A stretch of 64,000 bases of DNA, from the NCBI GenBank assembly GCA_964016885.1, contig OZ024753.1, forward strand, positions 22,320,001 through 22,384,000, given 5' to 3'. The notes below the pieces were generated by a model, which made no database searches, was not told the origin of the DNA, and was given only the letters and a program-made list of their open reading frames with translations. Source of the DNA: Eledone cirrhosa. Its lineage: Eukaryota. Below, in pieces: positions 23,671-36,400 of the stretch; the stretch's first letter is position 1; each line of letters begins with the position of its first letter. A program made the position numbers and the translations under genes.

Positions 23671-25688
23671 ACCAGCAGTCACCCATATCCGAGGCCCAAG
23701 GCCGGGAAGGTTGTATTTGTGACCAGCAGTCACCCATATCAGAGATTCAAGTCCGGGGAAGGTTGTATTTGTGACCAGCAGTCACCCATATCCGAGGTTC
23801 AAGTCCAGGGAAGGTTGTATTTGTGACCAGCAGTCACCCATATCCGAGATTCAAGTCCAGGGAAGGTTGTATTTGTGACCAGCAGTCACCCATATCCGAG
23901 GTTCAAGTCCGGGAAAGGTTGTATTTGTGACCAGCAGTCACCCATATCCGAAGCCCAAGTCCGGGGAAGGTTGTATTTGTGACCAGCAGTCACCCATAAT
24001 CGAGGTTCAAGTCCAGGGAAGGTTGTATTTGTGACCAGCAGTCACCCATATCCGAGGCCCAAGGCCGGGAAGGTTGTATTTGTGACCAGCAATCACCCAT
24101 ATCCGAGATTCAAGTCTGGGGAAGGTTGTATTTGTGACCAGCAGTCACCCATATCCGAGGTTCAAGTCCAGGGAAGGTTGTATTTGTGACCAGCAGTCAC
24201 CCATATCCGAGGCCCAAATCTGGGGAAGGTTGTATTTGTGACCTGCAGTCACCCATATCCGAGGCCCAAGTCCGGGGAAGGTTGTATTTGTGACCAGCAG
24301 TCACCCATATCCGAGGTTCAAGTCCGGGGCAGGTTGTATTTGTGACCAGCAGTCACCCATATCCGAAGCCCAAGTCCGGGGAAGGTTGTATTTGTGACCA
24401 GCAGTCACCCATATCCGAGGCCCAAGGCCGGGGAAGGTTGTATTTGTGACCAGCAGTCACCCATATCCGAGGCCCAAGTCCGGGGAGGTTGTATTTGTGA
24501 CCAGCAGTCACCCATATCCGAGGCCCAAGTCCGGGGAAGGTTGTATTTGTGACCAGCAGTCACCCATATCCGAGGCCCAAGTCCGGGGAAGGTTGTATTT
24601 GTGACCAGCAGTCACCCATATCCGAGGTTCAAGTCCAGGGAAGGTTGTATTTGTGACCAGCAGTCACCCATATCCGAGGTTCAAGTCCGGGGAAGGTTGT
24701 ATTTGTGACCAGCAGTCACCCATATCCGAAGCCCAAGTCCGGGGAAGGTTGTATTTGTGACCAGCAGTCACGCATATCCGAGGCCCAAGTCCGGGGAAGG
24801 TTGTATTTGTGACCAGCAGTCACCCATATCCGAGGCCCAAGTCCGGGGAAGGTTGTATTTGTGACCAGCAGTCACCCATATCCGAGGTTCAAGTCCGGGG
24901 AAGGTTGTATTTGTGACCAGCAGTCACCCATATCCGAGATTCAAGTCCGGGGAAGGTTGTATTTGTGACCTGCAGTCACCCATATCCGAGGTTCAAGTCC
25001 GGGGAAGGTTGTATTTGTGACCAGCAGTCACCCATATCCGAGATTCAAGTCCGGGGAAGGTTGTATTTGTGACCAGCAGTCACCCATATCCGAGGTTCAA
25101 GTCCGGGGAAGGTTGTATTTGTGACCAGCAGTCACCCATATCCGAGGACCAAGGCCGGGAAGGTTGTATTTGTGACCAGCAGTCACCCATATCCGAGGCC
25201 CAAGGCCGGGAAGGTTGTATTTGTGACCAGCAGTTACCCATATCAGAGATTCAAGTCCGGGGAAGGTTGTATTTGTGACCAGCAGTCACCCATATCCGAG
25301 GTTCAAGTCCAGGGAAGGTTGTATTTGTGACCAGCAGTCACCCATATCCGAGATTCAAGTCCAGGGAAGGTTGTATTTGTGACCAGCAGTCACCCATATC
25401 CGAGGTTCAAGTCCGGGGAAGGTTGTATTTGTGACCAGCAGTCACCCATATCCGAAGCCCAAGTCCGGGGATGTTGTATTTGTGACCAGCAGTCACAGAT
25501 ATCCGAGGTTCAAGTCCAGGGAAGGTTGTATTTGTGACCAGCAGTCACCCATATCCGAGGCCCAAGGCCGGGAAGGTTGTATTTGTGACCAGCAGTCACC
25601 CATATCCGAGATTCAAGTCTGGGGAAGGTTGTATTTGTGACCAGCAGTCACCCATATCCGAGGTTCAAGTCCAGGGAAGGTTGTATTT
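21441..25688 (+). repeat. Tandem duplication of a 2,124-bp (41-monomer) unit; further copies at 16100-18223 and 58888-61011
   Basis: ORF pairs 21441/23565, 22945/25069 and 23307/25431. Shared rare variants are CCGGCGAA, CCGGGAAAGG, CATAATCG, CAAATCTG, GGGGAGGTT, GGACCAAG and CACAGATA. Confidence 0.85.
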
Positions 25689-28600
25689 GTGACCAGTAGT
25701 CACCCATATCCGAGGCCTAAGTCTGGGGAAGGTTGTATTTGTGACCTGCAGTCAACCATATCCGAGGCCCAAGTCCGGGGAAGGTTGTATTTGTGACCAG
25801 CAGTCACCCATATCCGAGGTTCAAGTCCGGGGCAGGTTGTATTTGTGACCAGCAGTCACCCATATCCGAAGCCCAAGTCCGGGGAAGGTTGTATTTGTGA
25901 CCAGCAGTCACCCATATCCGAGGCCCAAGGCCGGGGAAGGTTGTATTTGTGACCAGCAGTCACCCATATCCGAGGCCCAAGTCCGGGGAAGGTTGTATTT
26001 GTGACCAGCAGTCACCCATATCCGAGGCCCAAGTCCGGGGAAGGTTGTATTTGTGACCAGCAGTCACGCATATCCGAGGCCCAAGTCCGGGGAAGGTTGT
26101 ATTTGTGACCAGCAGTCACCCATATCCGAGGCCCAAGTCCGGGGAAGGTTGTATTTGTGACCAGCAGTCACTCATATCCGAGGCCCAAGTCCGGGGAAGG
26201 TTGTATTTGTGACCAGCAGTCACGCATATCCGAGGCCCAAGTCCGGGGAAGGTTGTATTTGTGACCAGCAGTCACCCATATCCGAGGCCCAAGTCCGGGG
26301 AAGGTTGTATTTGTGACCAGCAGTCACCCATATCCGAGGTTCAAGTCCGGGGAAGGTTGTATTTGTGACCAGCAGTCACCCATATCCGAGGCCAAAGTCT
26401 GGGGAAGGTTGTATTTGTGACCAGCAGTCACCCATATCCGAGGTTCAAGTCCAGGGAAGGTTGTATTTGTGACCAGCAGTCACCCGTATCCGAGGTTCAA
26501 GTCCGGGGAAGGTTGTATTTGTGACCAGCAGTCACCCATATCCGAGATTCAAGTCCGGGGAAGGTTGTATTTGTGACCAGCAGTCACCCATATCCGAGGT
26601 TCAAGTCCGGGGAATGTTGTATTTGTGACCAGCAGTCACCCATATCCGAGGCCCAAGTCCGGGGAAGGTTGTATTTGTGACCAGCAGTCACCCATATCCG
26701 AGGTTCAAATCCGGGGCAGGTTGTATTTGTGACCAACAGTCACCCATATCCGAAGCCCAAGTCCGGGGAAGGTTGTATTTGTGACCAGCAGTCACCCATA
26801 TCCGAGGCCCAAGGCCGGGGAAGGTTGTATTTGCGACCAGCAGTCACCCATATCCGAGGCCCAAGTCCGGGGAAGGTTGTATTTGTGACCAGCAGTCACC
26901 CATATCCGAGGCCCAAGTCCGGGGAAGGTTGTATTTGTGACCAGCAGTCACCCATATCCGAGGCCCAAGTCCGGGGAAGGTTGTATTTGTGACCAGCAGT
27001 CACCCATATCCGAGGTTCAAGTCCAGGGAAGGTTGTATTTGAGACCAGCAGTCACCCATATCCGAGGTTCAAGTCCGGGGAAGGTTGTATTTGTGACCAG
27101 CAGTCACCCATATCCGAGGCCCAAGTCCGGGGAAGGTTGTATTTGTGACCAGCAGTCACGCATATCCGAGGCCCAAGTCCGGGGAAGGTTGTATTTGTGA
27201 CCAGCAGTCACCCATATCCGAGGCCCAAGTCCGGGGAAGGTTGTATTTGTGACCAGCAGTCACCCATATCCGAGGTTCAAGTCCGGGGAAGGTTGTATTT
27301 GTGACCAGCAGTCACCCATATCCGAGATTCAAGTCCGGGGAAGGTTGTATTTGTGACCTGCAGTCACCCATATCCGAGGTTCAAGTCCGGGGAAGGTTGT
27401 ATTTGTGACCAGCAGTCACCCATATCCGAGGCCCAAGGCCGGGAAGGTTGTATTTGTGACCAGCAGTCACCCATATCCGAGATTCAAGTCTGGGGAAGGT
27501 TGTATTTGTGACCAGCAGTCACCCATATCCGAGGTTCAAGTCCAGGGAAGGTTGTATTTGTGACCAGCAGTCACCCATATCCGAGGTTCAAGTCCGGGGA
27601 AGGTTGTATTTGTGACCAGCAGTCACCCATATCCGAGGTTCAAGTCCGGGGAAGGTTGTATTTGTGACCAGCAGTCACCTATATCCGAGGCCCAAGGCCG
27701 GGAAGGTTGTATTTGTGACCAGCAGTCACCCATACCCGAGATTCAAGTCCGGGGAAGGTTGTATTTGTGACCAGCAGTCACCCATATCCGAGGTTCAAGT
27801 CCAGGGAAGGTTGTATTTGTGACCAGCAGTCACCCATATCAGAGGCCCAAGTCCGGGGAAGGTTGTATTTGTGACCAGCAGTCACCCATATCCGAGGCCC
27901 AAGTCCGGGGAAGGTTGTATTTGTGACCAGCAGTCACCCATATCCGAGGTTCAAGTCCGGGGAAGGTTGTATTTGTGACCAGCAGTCACCCATATCCGAG
28001 GCCCAAGGCCGGGAAGGTTGTATTTGTTACCAGCAGTCACCCATATCCGAGATTCAAGTCCGGCGAAGGTTGTATTTGTGACCAGCAGTCACCCATATCC
28101 GAGGCCCAAGGCCGGGAAGGTTGTATTTGTGACCAGCAGTCACCCATATCAGAGATTCAAGTCCGGGGAAGGTTGTATTTGTGACCAGCAGTCACCCATA
28201 TCCGAGGTTCAAGTCCAGGGAAGGTTGTATTTGTGACCAGCAGTCACCCATATCCGAGATTCAAGTCCAGGGAAGGTTGTATTTGTGACCAGCAGTCACC
28301 CATATCCGAGGTTCAAGTCCGGGGAAGGTTGTATTTGTGACCAGCAGTCACCCATATCCGAAGCCCAAGTCCGGGGATGTTGTATTTGTGACCAGCAGTC
28401 ACCCATATCCGAGGTTCAAGTCCAGGGAAGGTTGTATTTGTGACCAGCAGTCACCCATATCCGAGGCCCAAGGCCGGGAAGGTTGTATTTGTGACCAGCA
28501 GTCCCCCATATTCGAGATTCAAGTCTGGGGAAGGTTGTATTTGTGACCAGCAGTCACCCATATCCGAAATTCAAGTCCAGGGAAGGTTGTATTTGTGACC

Positions 28601-30499
28601 AGCAGTCACCCATATCCGAGGCCCAAGTCTGGGGAAGGTTGTATTTGTGACCTGCAGTCACCCATATCCGAGGCCCAAGTCCGGGGAAGGTTGTATTTGT
28701 GACCAGCAGTCACCCATATCCGAGGTTCAAGTCCGGGGCAGGTTGTATTTGTGACCAGCAGTCACCCATATCAGAAGCCCAAGTCCGGGGAAGGTTGTAT
28801 TTGTGACCAGCAGTCACCCATATCCGAGGCCCAAGGCCGGGGAAGGTTGTATTTGTGACCAGCAGTCACCCATATCCGAGGCCCAAGTCCGGGGAAGGTT
28901 GTATTTGTGACCAGCAGTCACCCATATCCGAGGCCCAAGTCCGGGGAAGGTTGTATTTGTGACCAGCAGTCACCCATATCCGAGGCCCAAGTCCGGGGAA
29001 GGTTGTATTTGTGACCAGCAGTCACCCATATCCGAGGTTCAAGTCCAGGGAAGGTTGTATTTGTGACCAGCAGTCACCCATATCCGAGGTTCAAGTCCGG
29101 GGAAGGTTGTATTTGTGACCAGCAGTCACCCATATCCGAGGCCCAAGTCCGGGGAAGGTTGTATTTGTGACCAGCAGTCACGCATATCCGAGGCCCAAGT
29201 CCGGGGAAGGTTGTATTTGTGACCATCAGTCACCCATATCCGAGGCCCAAGTCCGGGGAAGGTTGTATTTGTGACCAGCAGTCACCCATATCCGAGGTTC
29301 AAGTCCGGGGAAGGTTGTATTTGTGACCAGCAGTCACCCATATCCGAGATTCAAGTCCGGGGAAGGTTGTATTTGTGACCTGCAGTCACCCATATCCGAG
29401 GTTCAAGTCCGGGGAAGGTTGTATTTGTGACCAGCAGTCACCCATATCCGAGGCCCAAGGCCGGGAAGGTTGTATTTGTGACCAGCAGTCACCCATATCC
29501 GAGATTCAAGTCTGGGGAAGGTTGTATTTGTGACCAGCAGTCACCCATATCCGAGGTTCAAGTCCAGGGAAGGTTGTATTTGTGACCAGCAGTCACCCAT
29601 ATCCGAGGTTCAAGTCCGGGGAAGGTTGTATTTGTGACCAGCAGTCACCCATATCCGAGATTCAAGTCCGGGGAAGGTTGTATTTGTGACCAGCAGTCAC
29701 CCATATCCGACGTTCAAGTCCGGGGAAGGTTGTATTTGTGACCAGCAGTCACCCATATCCGAGGACCAAGGCCGGGAAGGTTGTATTTGTGACCAGCAGT
29801 CACCCATATCCGAGATTCAAGTCCGGGGAAGGTTGTATTTGTGACCAGCAGTCACCCATATCCGAGGTTCAAGTCCAGGGAAGGTTGTATTTGTGACCAG
29901 CAGTCACCCATATCCGAGGCCCAAGTCCGGGGCAGGTTGTATTTGTGACCAGCAGTCACCCATATCCGAGGCCCAAGTCCGGGGAAGGTTGTATTTGTGA
30001 CCAGCAGTCACCTATATCCGAGGTTCAAGTCCGGGGAAGGTTGTATTTGTGACCAGCAGTCACCCATATCCGAGGCCCAAGGCCGGGGAAGGTTGTATTT
30101 GTGACCAGCAGTCACCCATATCCGAGGCCCAAGTCCGGGGAAGGTTGTATTTGTGACCAGCAGTCACCCATATCCGAGGCCCAAGTCCGGGGAAGGTTGT
30201 ATTTGTGACCAGCAGTCACCCATATCCGAGGCCCAAGTCCGGGGAAGGTTGTATTTGTGACCAGCAGTCACCCATATCCGAGATTCAAGTCCGGGGAAGG
30301 TTGTACTTGTGACCAGCAGTCACCCATATCCGAGGTTCAAGTCCGGGGAATCTTGTATTTGTGACCAGCAGTCACCCATATCCGAGGCCCAAGTCCGGGG
30401 AAGGTTGTATTTGTGACCAGCAGTCACCCATATCCGAGGTTCAAGTCCGGGGCAGGTTGTATTTGTGACCAGCAGTCACCCATATCCGAAGCCCAAGTC

Positions 30500-33400
30500 C
30501 GGGGAAGGTTGTATTTGTGACCAGCCGTCACCCATATCCGAGGCCCAAGGCCGGGGAAGGTTGTATTTGTGACCAGCAGTCACCCATATCCGAGGCCCAA
30601 GTCCGGGGAAGGTTGTATTTGTGACCAGCAGTCACCCATATCCGAGGCCCAAGTCCGGGGAAGGTTGTATTTGTGACCAGCAGTCACCCATATCTGAGGC
30701 CCAAGTCCGGGGAAGGTTGTATTTGTGACCAGCAGTCACCCATATCCGAGGTTCAAGTCCAGGGAAGGTTGTATTTGTGACCAGCAGTCACCCATATCCG
30801 AGGTTCAAGTCCGGGGAAGGTTGTATTTGTGACCAGCAGTCACCCATATCCGAGGCCCAAGTCCGGGGAAGGTTGTATTTGTGACCAGCAGTCACGCATA
30901 TCCGAGGCCCAAGTCCGGGGAAGGTTGTATTTGTGACCAGCAGTCACCTATATCCGAGGCCCAAGTCCGGGGAAGGTTGTATTTGTGACCAGCAGTCACC
31001 CATATCCGAGGTTCAAGTCCGGGGAAGGTTGTATTTTTGACCAGCAGTCACCCATATCCGAGATTCAAGTCCGGGGAAGGTTGTATTTGTGACCTGCAGT
31101 CACCCATATCCGAGGTTCAAGTGCGGGGAAGGTTGTATTTGTGACCAGCAGTCACCCATATCCGAGGCCCAAGGCCGGGAAGGTTGTATTTGTGACCAGC
31201 AGTCACCCATATCCGAGATTCAAGTCTGGGGAAGGTTGTATTTGTGACCAGCAGTCACCCATATCCGAGGTTCAAGTCCAGGGAAGGTTGTATTTGTGAC
31301 CAGCAGTCACCCATATCCGAGGTTCAAGTCCGGGGAAGGTTGTATTTGTGACCAGCAGTCACCCACATCCGAGATTCAAGTCCGGGGAAGGTTGTATTTG
31401 TGACCAGCAGTCACCCATATCCGAGGTTCAAGTCCGGGGAAGGTTGTATTTGTGACCAGCAGTCACCCATATCCGAGGCCCAAGGCCGGGAAGGTTGTAT
31501 TTGTGACCAGCAGTCACCCATATCAGAGATTCAAGTCCGGGGAAGGTTGTATTTGTGACCAGCAGTCACCCATATCCGAGGTTCAAGTCCAGGGAAGGTT
31601 GTATTTGTGACCAGCAGTCACCCATATCAGAGGCCCAAGTCCGGGGAAGGTTGAATTTGTGACCAGCAGTCACCCATATCCGAGGCCCAAGTCCGGGGAA
31701 GGTTGCATTTGTGACCAGCAGTCACCCATATCCGAGGTTCAAGTCCGGGGAAGGTTGTATTTGTGACCAGCAATCACCCATATCCGAGGCCCAAGGCCGG
31801 GAAGGTTGTATTTGTTACCAGCAGTCACCCATATCCGAGGTTCAAGTCCGGGGAAGGTTGTATTTGTGACCAGCAGTCACCCATATCCGAGGCCCAAGGC
31901 CGGGAAGGTTGTATTTGTGACCAGCAGTCACCCATATCCGAGGCCCAAGGCCGGGAAGGTTGTATTTGTGACCAGCAGTCACCCATATCAGAGATTCAAG
32001 TCCGCGGAAGGTTGTATTTGTGACCAGCAGTCACCCATATCCGAGGTTCAAGTCCAGGGAAGGTTGTATTTGTTACCAGCAGTCACCCATATCCGCGGTT
32101 CAAGTCCGGGGAATCTTGTATTTGTGACCAGCAGTCACCCATATCCGAGGCCCAAGTCCGGGGAAGGTTGTATTTGTGACCAGCAGTCACCCATATCCGA
32201 GGTTCAAGTCCGGGGCAGGTTGTATTTGTGACCAGCAGTCACCCATATCCGAAGCCCAAGTCCGGGGAAGGTTGTATTTGTGACCAGCCGTCACCCATAT
32301 CCGAGGCCCAAGGCCGGGGAAGGTTGTATTTGTGACCAGCAGTCACCCATATCCGAGGCCCAAGTCCGGGGAAGGTTGTATTTGTGACCAGCATTCACCT
32401 ATATCCGAGGCCCAAGTCCGGGGAAGGTTGTATTTGTGACCAGCAGTCACCCATATCTGAGGCCCAAGTCCGGGGAAGGTTGTATTTGTGACCAGCAGTC
32501 ACCCATATCCGAGGTTCAAGTCCAGGGAAGGTTGTATTTGTGACCAGCAGTCACACATATCCGAGGTTCAAGTCCGGGGAAGGTTGTATTTGTGACCAGC
32601 AGTCACCCATATCCGAGGCCCAAGTCCGGGGAAGGTTGTATTTGTGACCAGCAGTCACGCATATCCGAGGCCCAAGTCCGGGGAAGGTTGTATTTGTGAC
32701 CAGCAGTCACCCATATCCGAGGCCCAAGTCCGGGGAAGGTTGTATTTGTGACCAGCAGTCACCCATATCCGAGGTTCAAGTCCGGGGAAGGTTGTATTTG
32801 TGACCAGCAGTCACCCATATCCGAGATTCAAGTTCGGGGAAGGTTGTATTTGTGACCTGCAGTCACCCATATCCGAGGTTCAAGTCCGGGGAAGGTTGTA
32901 TTTGTGACCAGCAGTCACCCATATCCGAGGCCCAAGGCCGGGAAGGTTGTATTTGTGACCAGCAGTCACCCATATCCGAGATTCAAGTCTGGGGAAGGTT
33001 GTATTTGTGACCAGCAGTCACCCATATCCGAGGCCCAAGGCCGGGAAGGTTCTATTTGTTACCAGCAGTCACCCATATCCGAGGTTCAAGTCCGGGGAAG
33101 GTTGTATTTGTGACCAGCAGTCAACCATATCCGAGGCCCAAGGCCGGGAAGGTTGTATTTGTGACCAGCAGTCACCCATATCCGAGGCCCAAGGCCGGGA
33201 AGGTTGTATTTGTGACCAGCAGTCACTCATATCAGAGATTCAAGTCCGGGGAAGGTTGTATTTGTGACCAGCAGTCACCCATATCCGAGGTTCAAGTCCA
33301 GGGAAGGTTGTATTTGTGACCAGCAGTCACCCATATCCGAGATTCAAGTCCAGGGAAGGTTGTATTTGTGACCAGCAGTCACCCATATCCGAGGTTCAAG

Positions 33401-36400
33401 TCCGGGGAAGGTTGTATTTGTGACCAGCAGTCACCCATATCCGAAGCCCAAGTCCGGGGATGTTGTATTTGTGACCAGCAGTCACCCATATCCGAGGTTC
33501 AAGTCCAGGGAAGGTTGTATATGTGACCAGCAGTCACCCATATCCGAGGCCCAAGGCCGGGAAGGTTGTATTTGTGACCAGCAGTCACCCATATCCGAGA
33601 TTCAAGTCTGGGGAAGGTTGTATTTGTGACCAGCAGTCACCCATATCCGAGGTTCAAGTCCAGGGAAGGTTGTATTTGTGACCAGTAGTCACCCATTTCC
33701 GAGGCCCAAGTCTGGGGAAGGTTGTATTTGTGACCTGCAGTCACCCATATCCGAGGCCCAAGTCCGGGGAAGGTTGTATTTGTGACCAGCAGTCACCCAT
33801 ATCCGAGGTTCAAGTCCGGGGCAGGTTGTATTTGTGACCAGCAGTCACCCATATCCGAAGCCCAAGTCCGGGGAAGGTTGTATTTGTGACCAGCAGTCAC
33901 CCATATCCGAGGCCCAAGGCCGGGGAAGGTTGTATTTGTGACCAGCAGTCACCCATATCCGAGGCCCAAGTCCGGGGAAGGTTGTATTTGTGACCAGCAG
34001 TCACCCATATCCGAGGCCAAAGTCCGGGGAAGGTTGTATTTGTGACCAGCAGTCACCCATATCCGAGGCCCAAGTCCGGGGAAGGTTGTATTTGTGACCA
34101 GCAGTCACCCATATCCGAGGTTCAAGTCCAGAGAAGGTTGTATTTGTGACCAGCAGTCACCCATATCCGAGGTTCAAGTCCGGGGAAGGTTGTATTTGTG
34201 ACCAGCAGTCACCCATATCCGAGGCCCAAGTCCGGGGAAGGTTGTATTTGTGACCAGCAGTCACGCATATCCGAGGCCCAAGTCCGGGGAAGGTTGTATT
34301 TGTGACCAGCAGTCACCCATATCCGAGGCCCAAGTCCGGGGAAGGTTGTATTTGTGACCAGCAGTCACCCATATCCGAGGTTCAAGTCCGGGGAAGGTTG
34401 TATTTGTGACCAGCAGTCACCCATATCCGAGGCCAAAGTCTGGGGAAGGTTGTATTTGTGACCAGCAGTCACCCATATCCGAGGTTCAAGTCCAGGGAAG
34501 GTTGTATTTGTGACCAGCAGTCACCCATATCCGAGGTTCAAGTCCGGGGAAGGTTGTATTTGTGACCAGCAGTCACCCATATCCGAGATTCAAGTCCGGG
34601 GAAGGTTGTATTTGTGACCAGCAGTCACCCATATCCGAGGTTCAAGTCCGGGGAATGTTGTATTTGTGACCAGCAGTCACCCATATCCGAAATTCAAGTC
34701 CAGGGAAGGTTGTATTTGTGACCAGCAGTCACCCATATCCGAGGCCCAAGTCTGGGGAAGGTTGTATTTGTGACCTGCAGTCACCCATATCCGAGGCCCA
34801 AGTCCGGGGAAGGTTGTATTTGTGACCAGCAGTCACCCATATCCGAGGTTCAAGTCCAGGGAAGGTTGTATTTGTGACCAGCAGTCACCCATATCAGAGG
34901 CCCAAGTCCGGGGAAGGTTGAATTTGTGACCAGCAGTCACCCATATCCGAGGCCCAAGTCCGGGGAAGGTTGCATTTGTGACCAGCAGTCACCCATATCC
35001 GAGGTTCAAGTCCGGGGAAGGTTGTATTTGTGACCAGCAATCACCCATATCCGAGGCCCAAGTCCGGGGAAGGTTGTATTTGTGACCAGCAGTCACCTAT
35101 ATCCGAGGTTCAAGTCCGGGGAAGGTTGTATTTGTGACCAGCAGTCACCCATATCCGAGGCCCAAGGCCGGGGAAGGTTGTATTTGTGACCAGCAGTCAC
35201 CCATATCCGAGGCCCAAGTCCGGGGAAGGTTGTATTTGTGACCAGCAGTCACCCATAACCGAGGCCCAAGTCCGGGGAAGGTTGTATTTGTGACCAGCAG
35301 TCACCCATATCCGAGGCCCAAGTCCGGGGAAGGTTGTATTTGTGACCAGCAGTCACCCATATCCGAGATTCAAGTCCGGGGAAGGTTGTATTTGTGACCA
35401 GCAGTCACCCATATCCGAGGTTCAAGTCCGGGGAATCTTGTATTTGTGACCAGCAGTCACCCATATCCGAGGCCCAAGTCCGGGGAAGGTTGTATTTGTG
35501 ACCAGCAGTCACCCATATCCGAGGTTCAAGTCCGGGGCAGGTTGTATTTGTGACCAGCAGTCACCCATATCCGAAGCCCAAGTCCGGGGAAGGTTGTATT
35601 TGTGACCAGCCGTCACCCATATCCGAGGCCCAAGGCCGGGGAAGGTTGTATTTGTGACCAGCAGTCACCCATATCCGAGGCCCAAGTCCGGGGAAGGTTG
35701 TATTTGTGACCAGCAGTCACCCATATCCGAGGCCCAAGTCCGGGGAAGGTTGTATTTGTGACCAGCAGTCACCCATATCTGAGGCCCAAGTCCGGGGAAG
35801 GTTGTATTTGTGACCAGCAGTCACCCATATCCGAGGTTCAAGTCCAGGGAAGGTTGTATTTGTGACCAGCAGTCACCCATATCCGAGGTTCAAGTCCGGG
35901 GAAGGTTGTATTTGTGACCAGCAGTCACCCATATCCGAGGCCCAAGTCCGGGGAAGGTTGTATTTGTGACCAGCAGTCACGCATATCCGAGGCCCAAGTC
36001 CGGGGAAGGTTGTATTTGTGACCAGCAGTCACCCATATCCGAGGCCCAAGTCCGGGGAAGGTTGTATTTGTGACCAGCAGTCACCCATATCCGAGGTTCA
36101 AGTCCGGGGAAGGTTGTATTTTTGACCAGCAGTCACCCATATCCGAGATTCAAGTCCGGGGAAGGTTGTATTTGTGACCTGCAGTCACCCATATCCGAGG
36201 TTCAAGTCCGGGGAAGGTTGTATTTGTGACCAGCAGTCACCCATATCCGAGGCCCAAGGCCGGGAAGGTTGTATTTGTGACCAGCAGTCACCCATATCCG
36301 AGATTCAAGTCTGGGGAAGGTTGTATTTGTGACCAGCAGTCACCCATATCCGAGGTTCAAGTCCAGGGAAGGTTGTATTTGTGACCAGCAGTCACCCATA

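Larger units (their letters stand above)
1..30499 (+). repeat. Macro-repeat copy 1 (expanded form, about 30.5 kb)
   Basis: The rare-variant series (CAGCCGTC, TATTTTTG, CCCACATC, GTTGAATT, GTTGCATT, CAGCAATC) starting at about 22 restarts at offset 30,499 (ORF track 1264 vs 31763, 2405 vs 32904, 2921 vs 33420). Confidence 0.8.
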
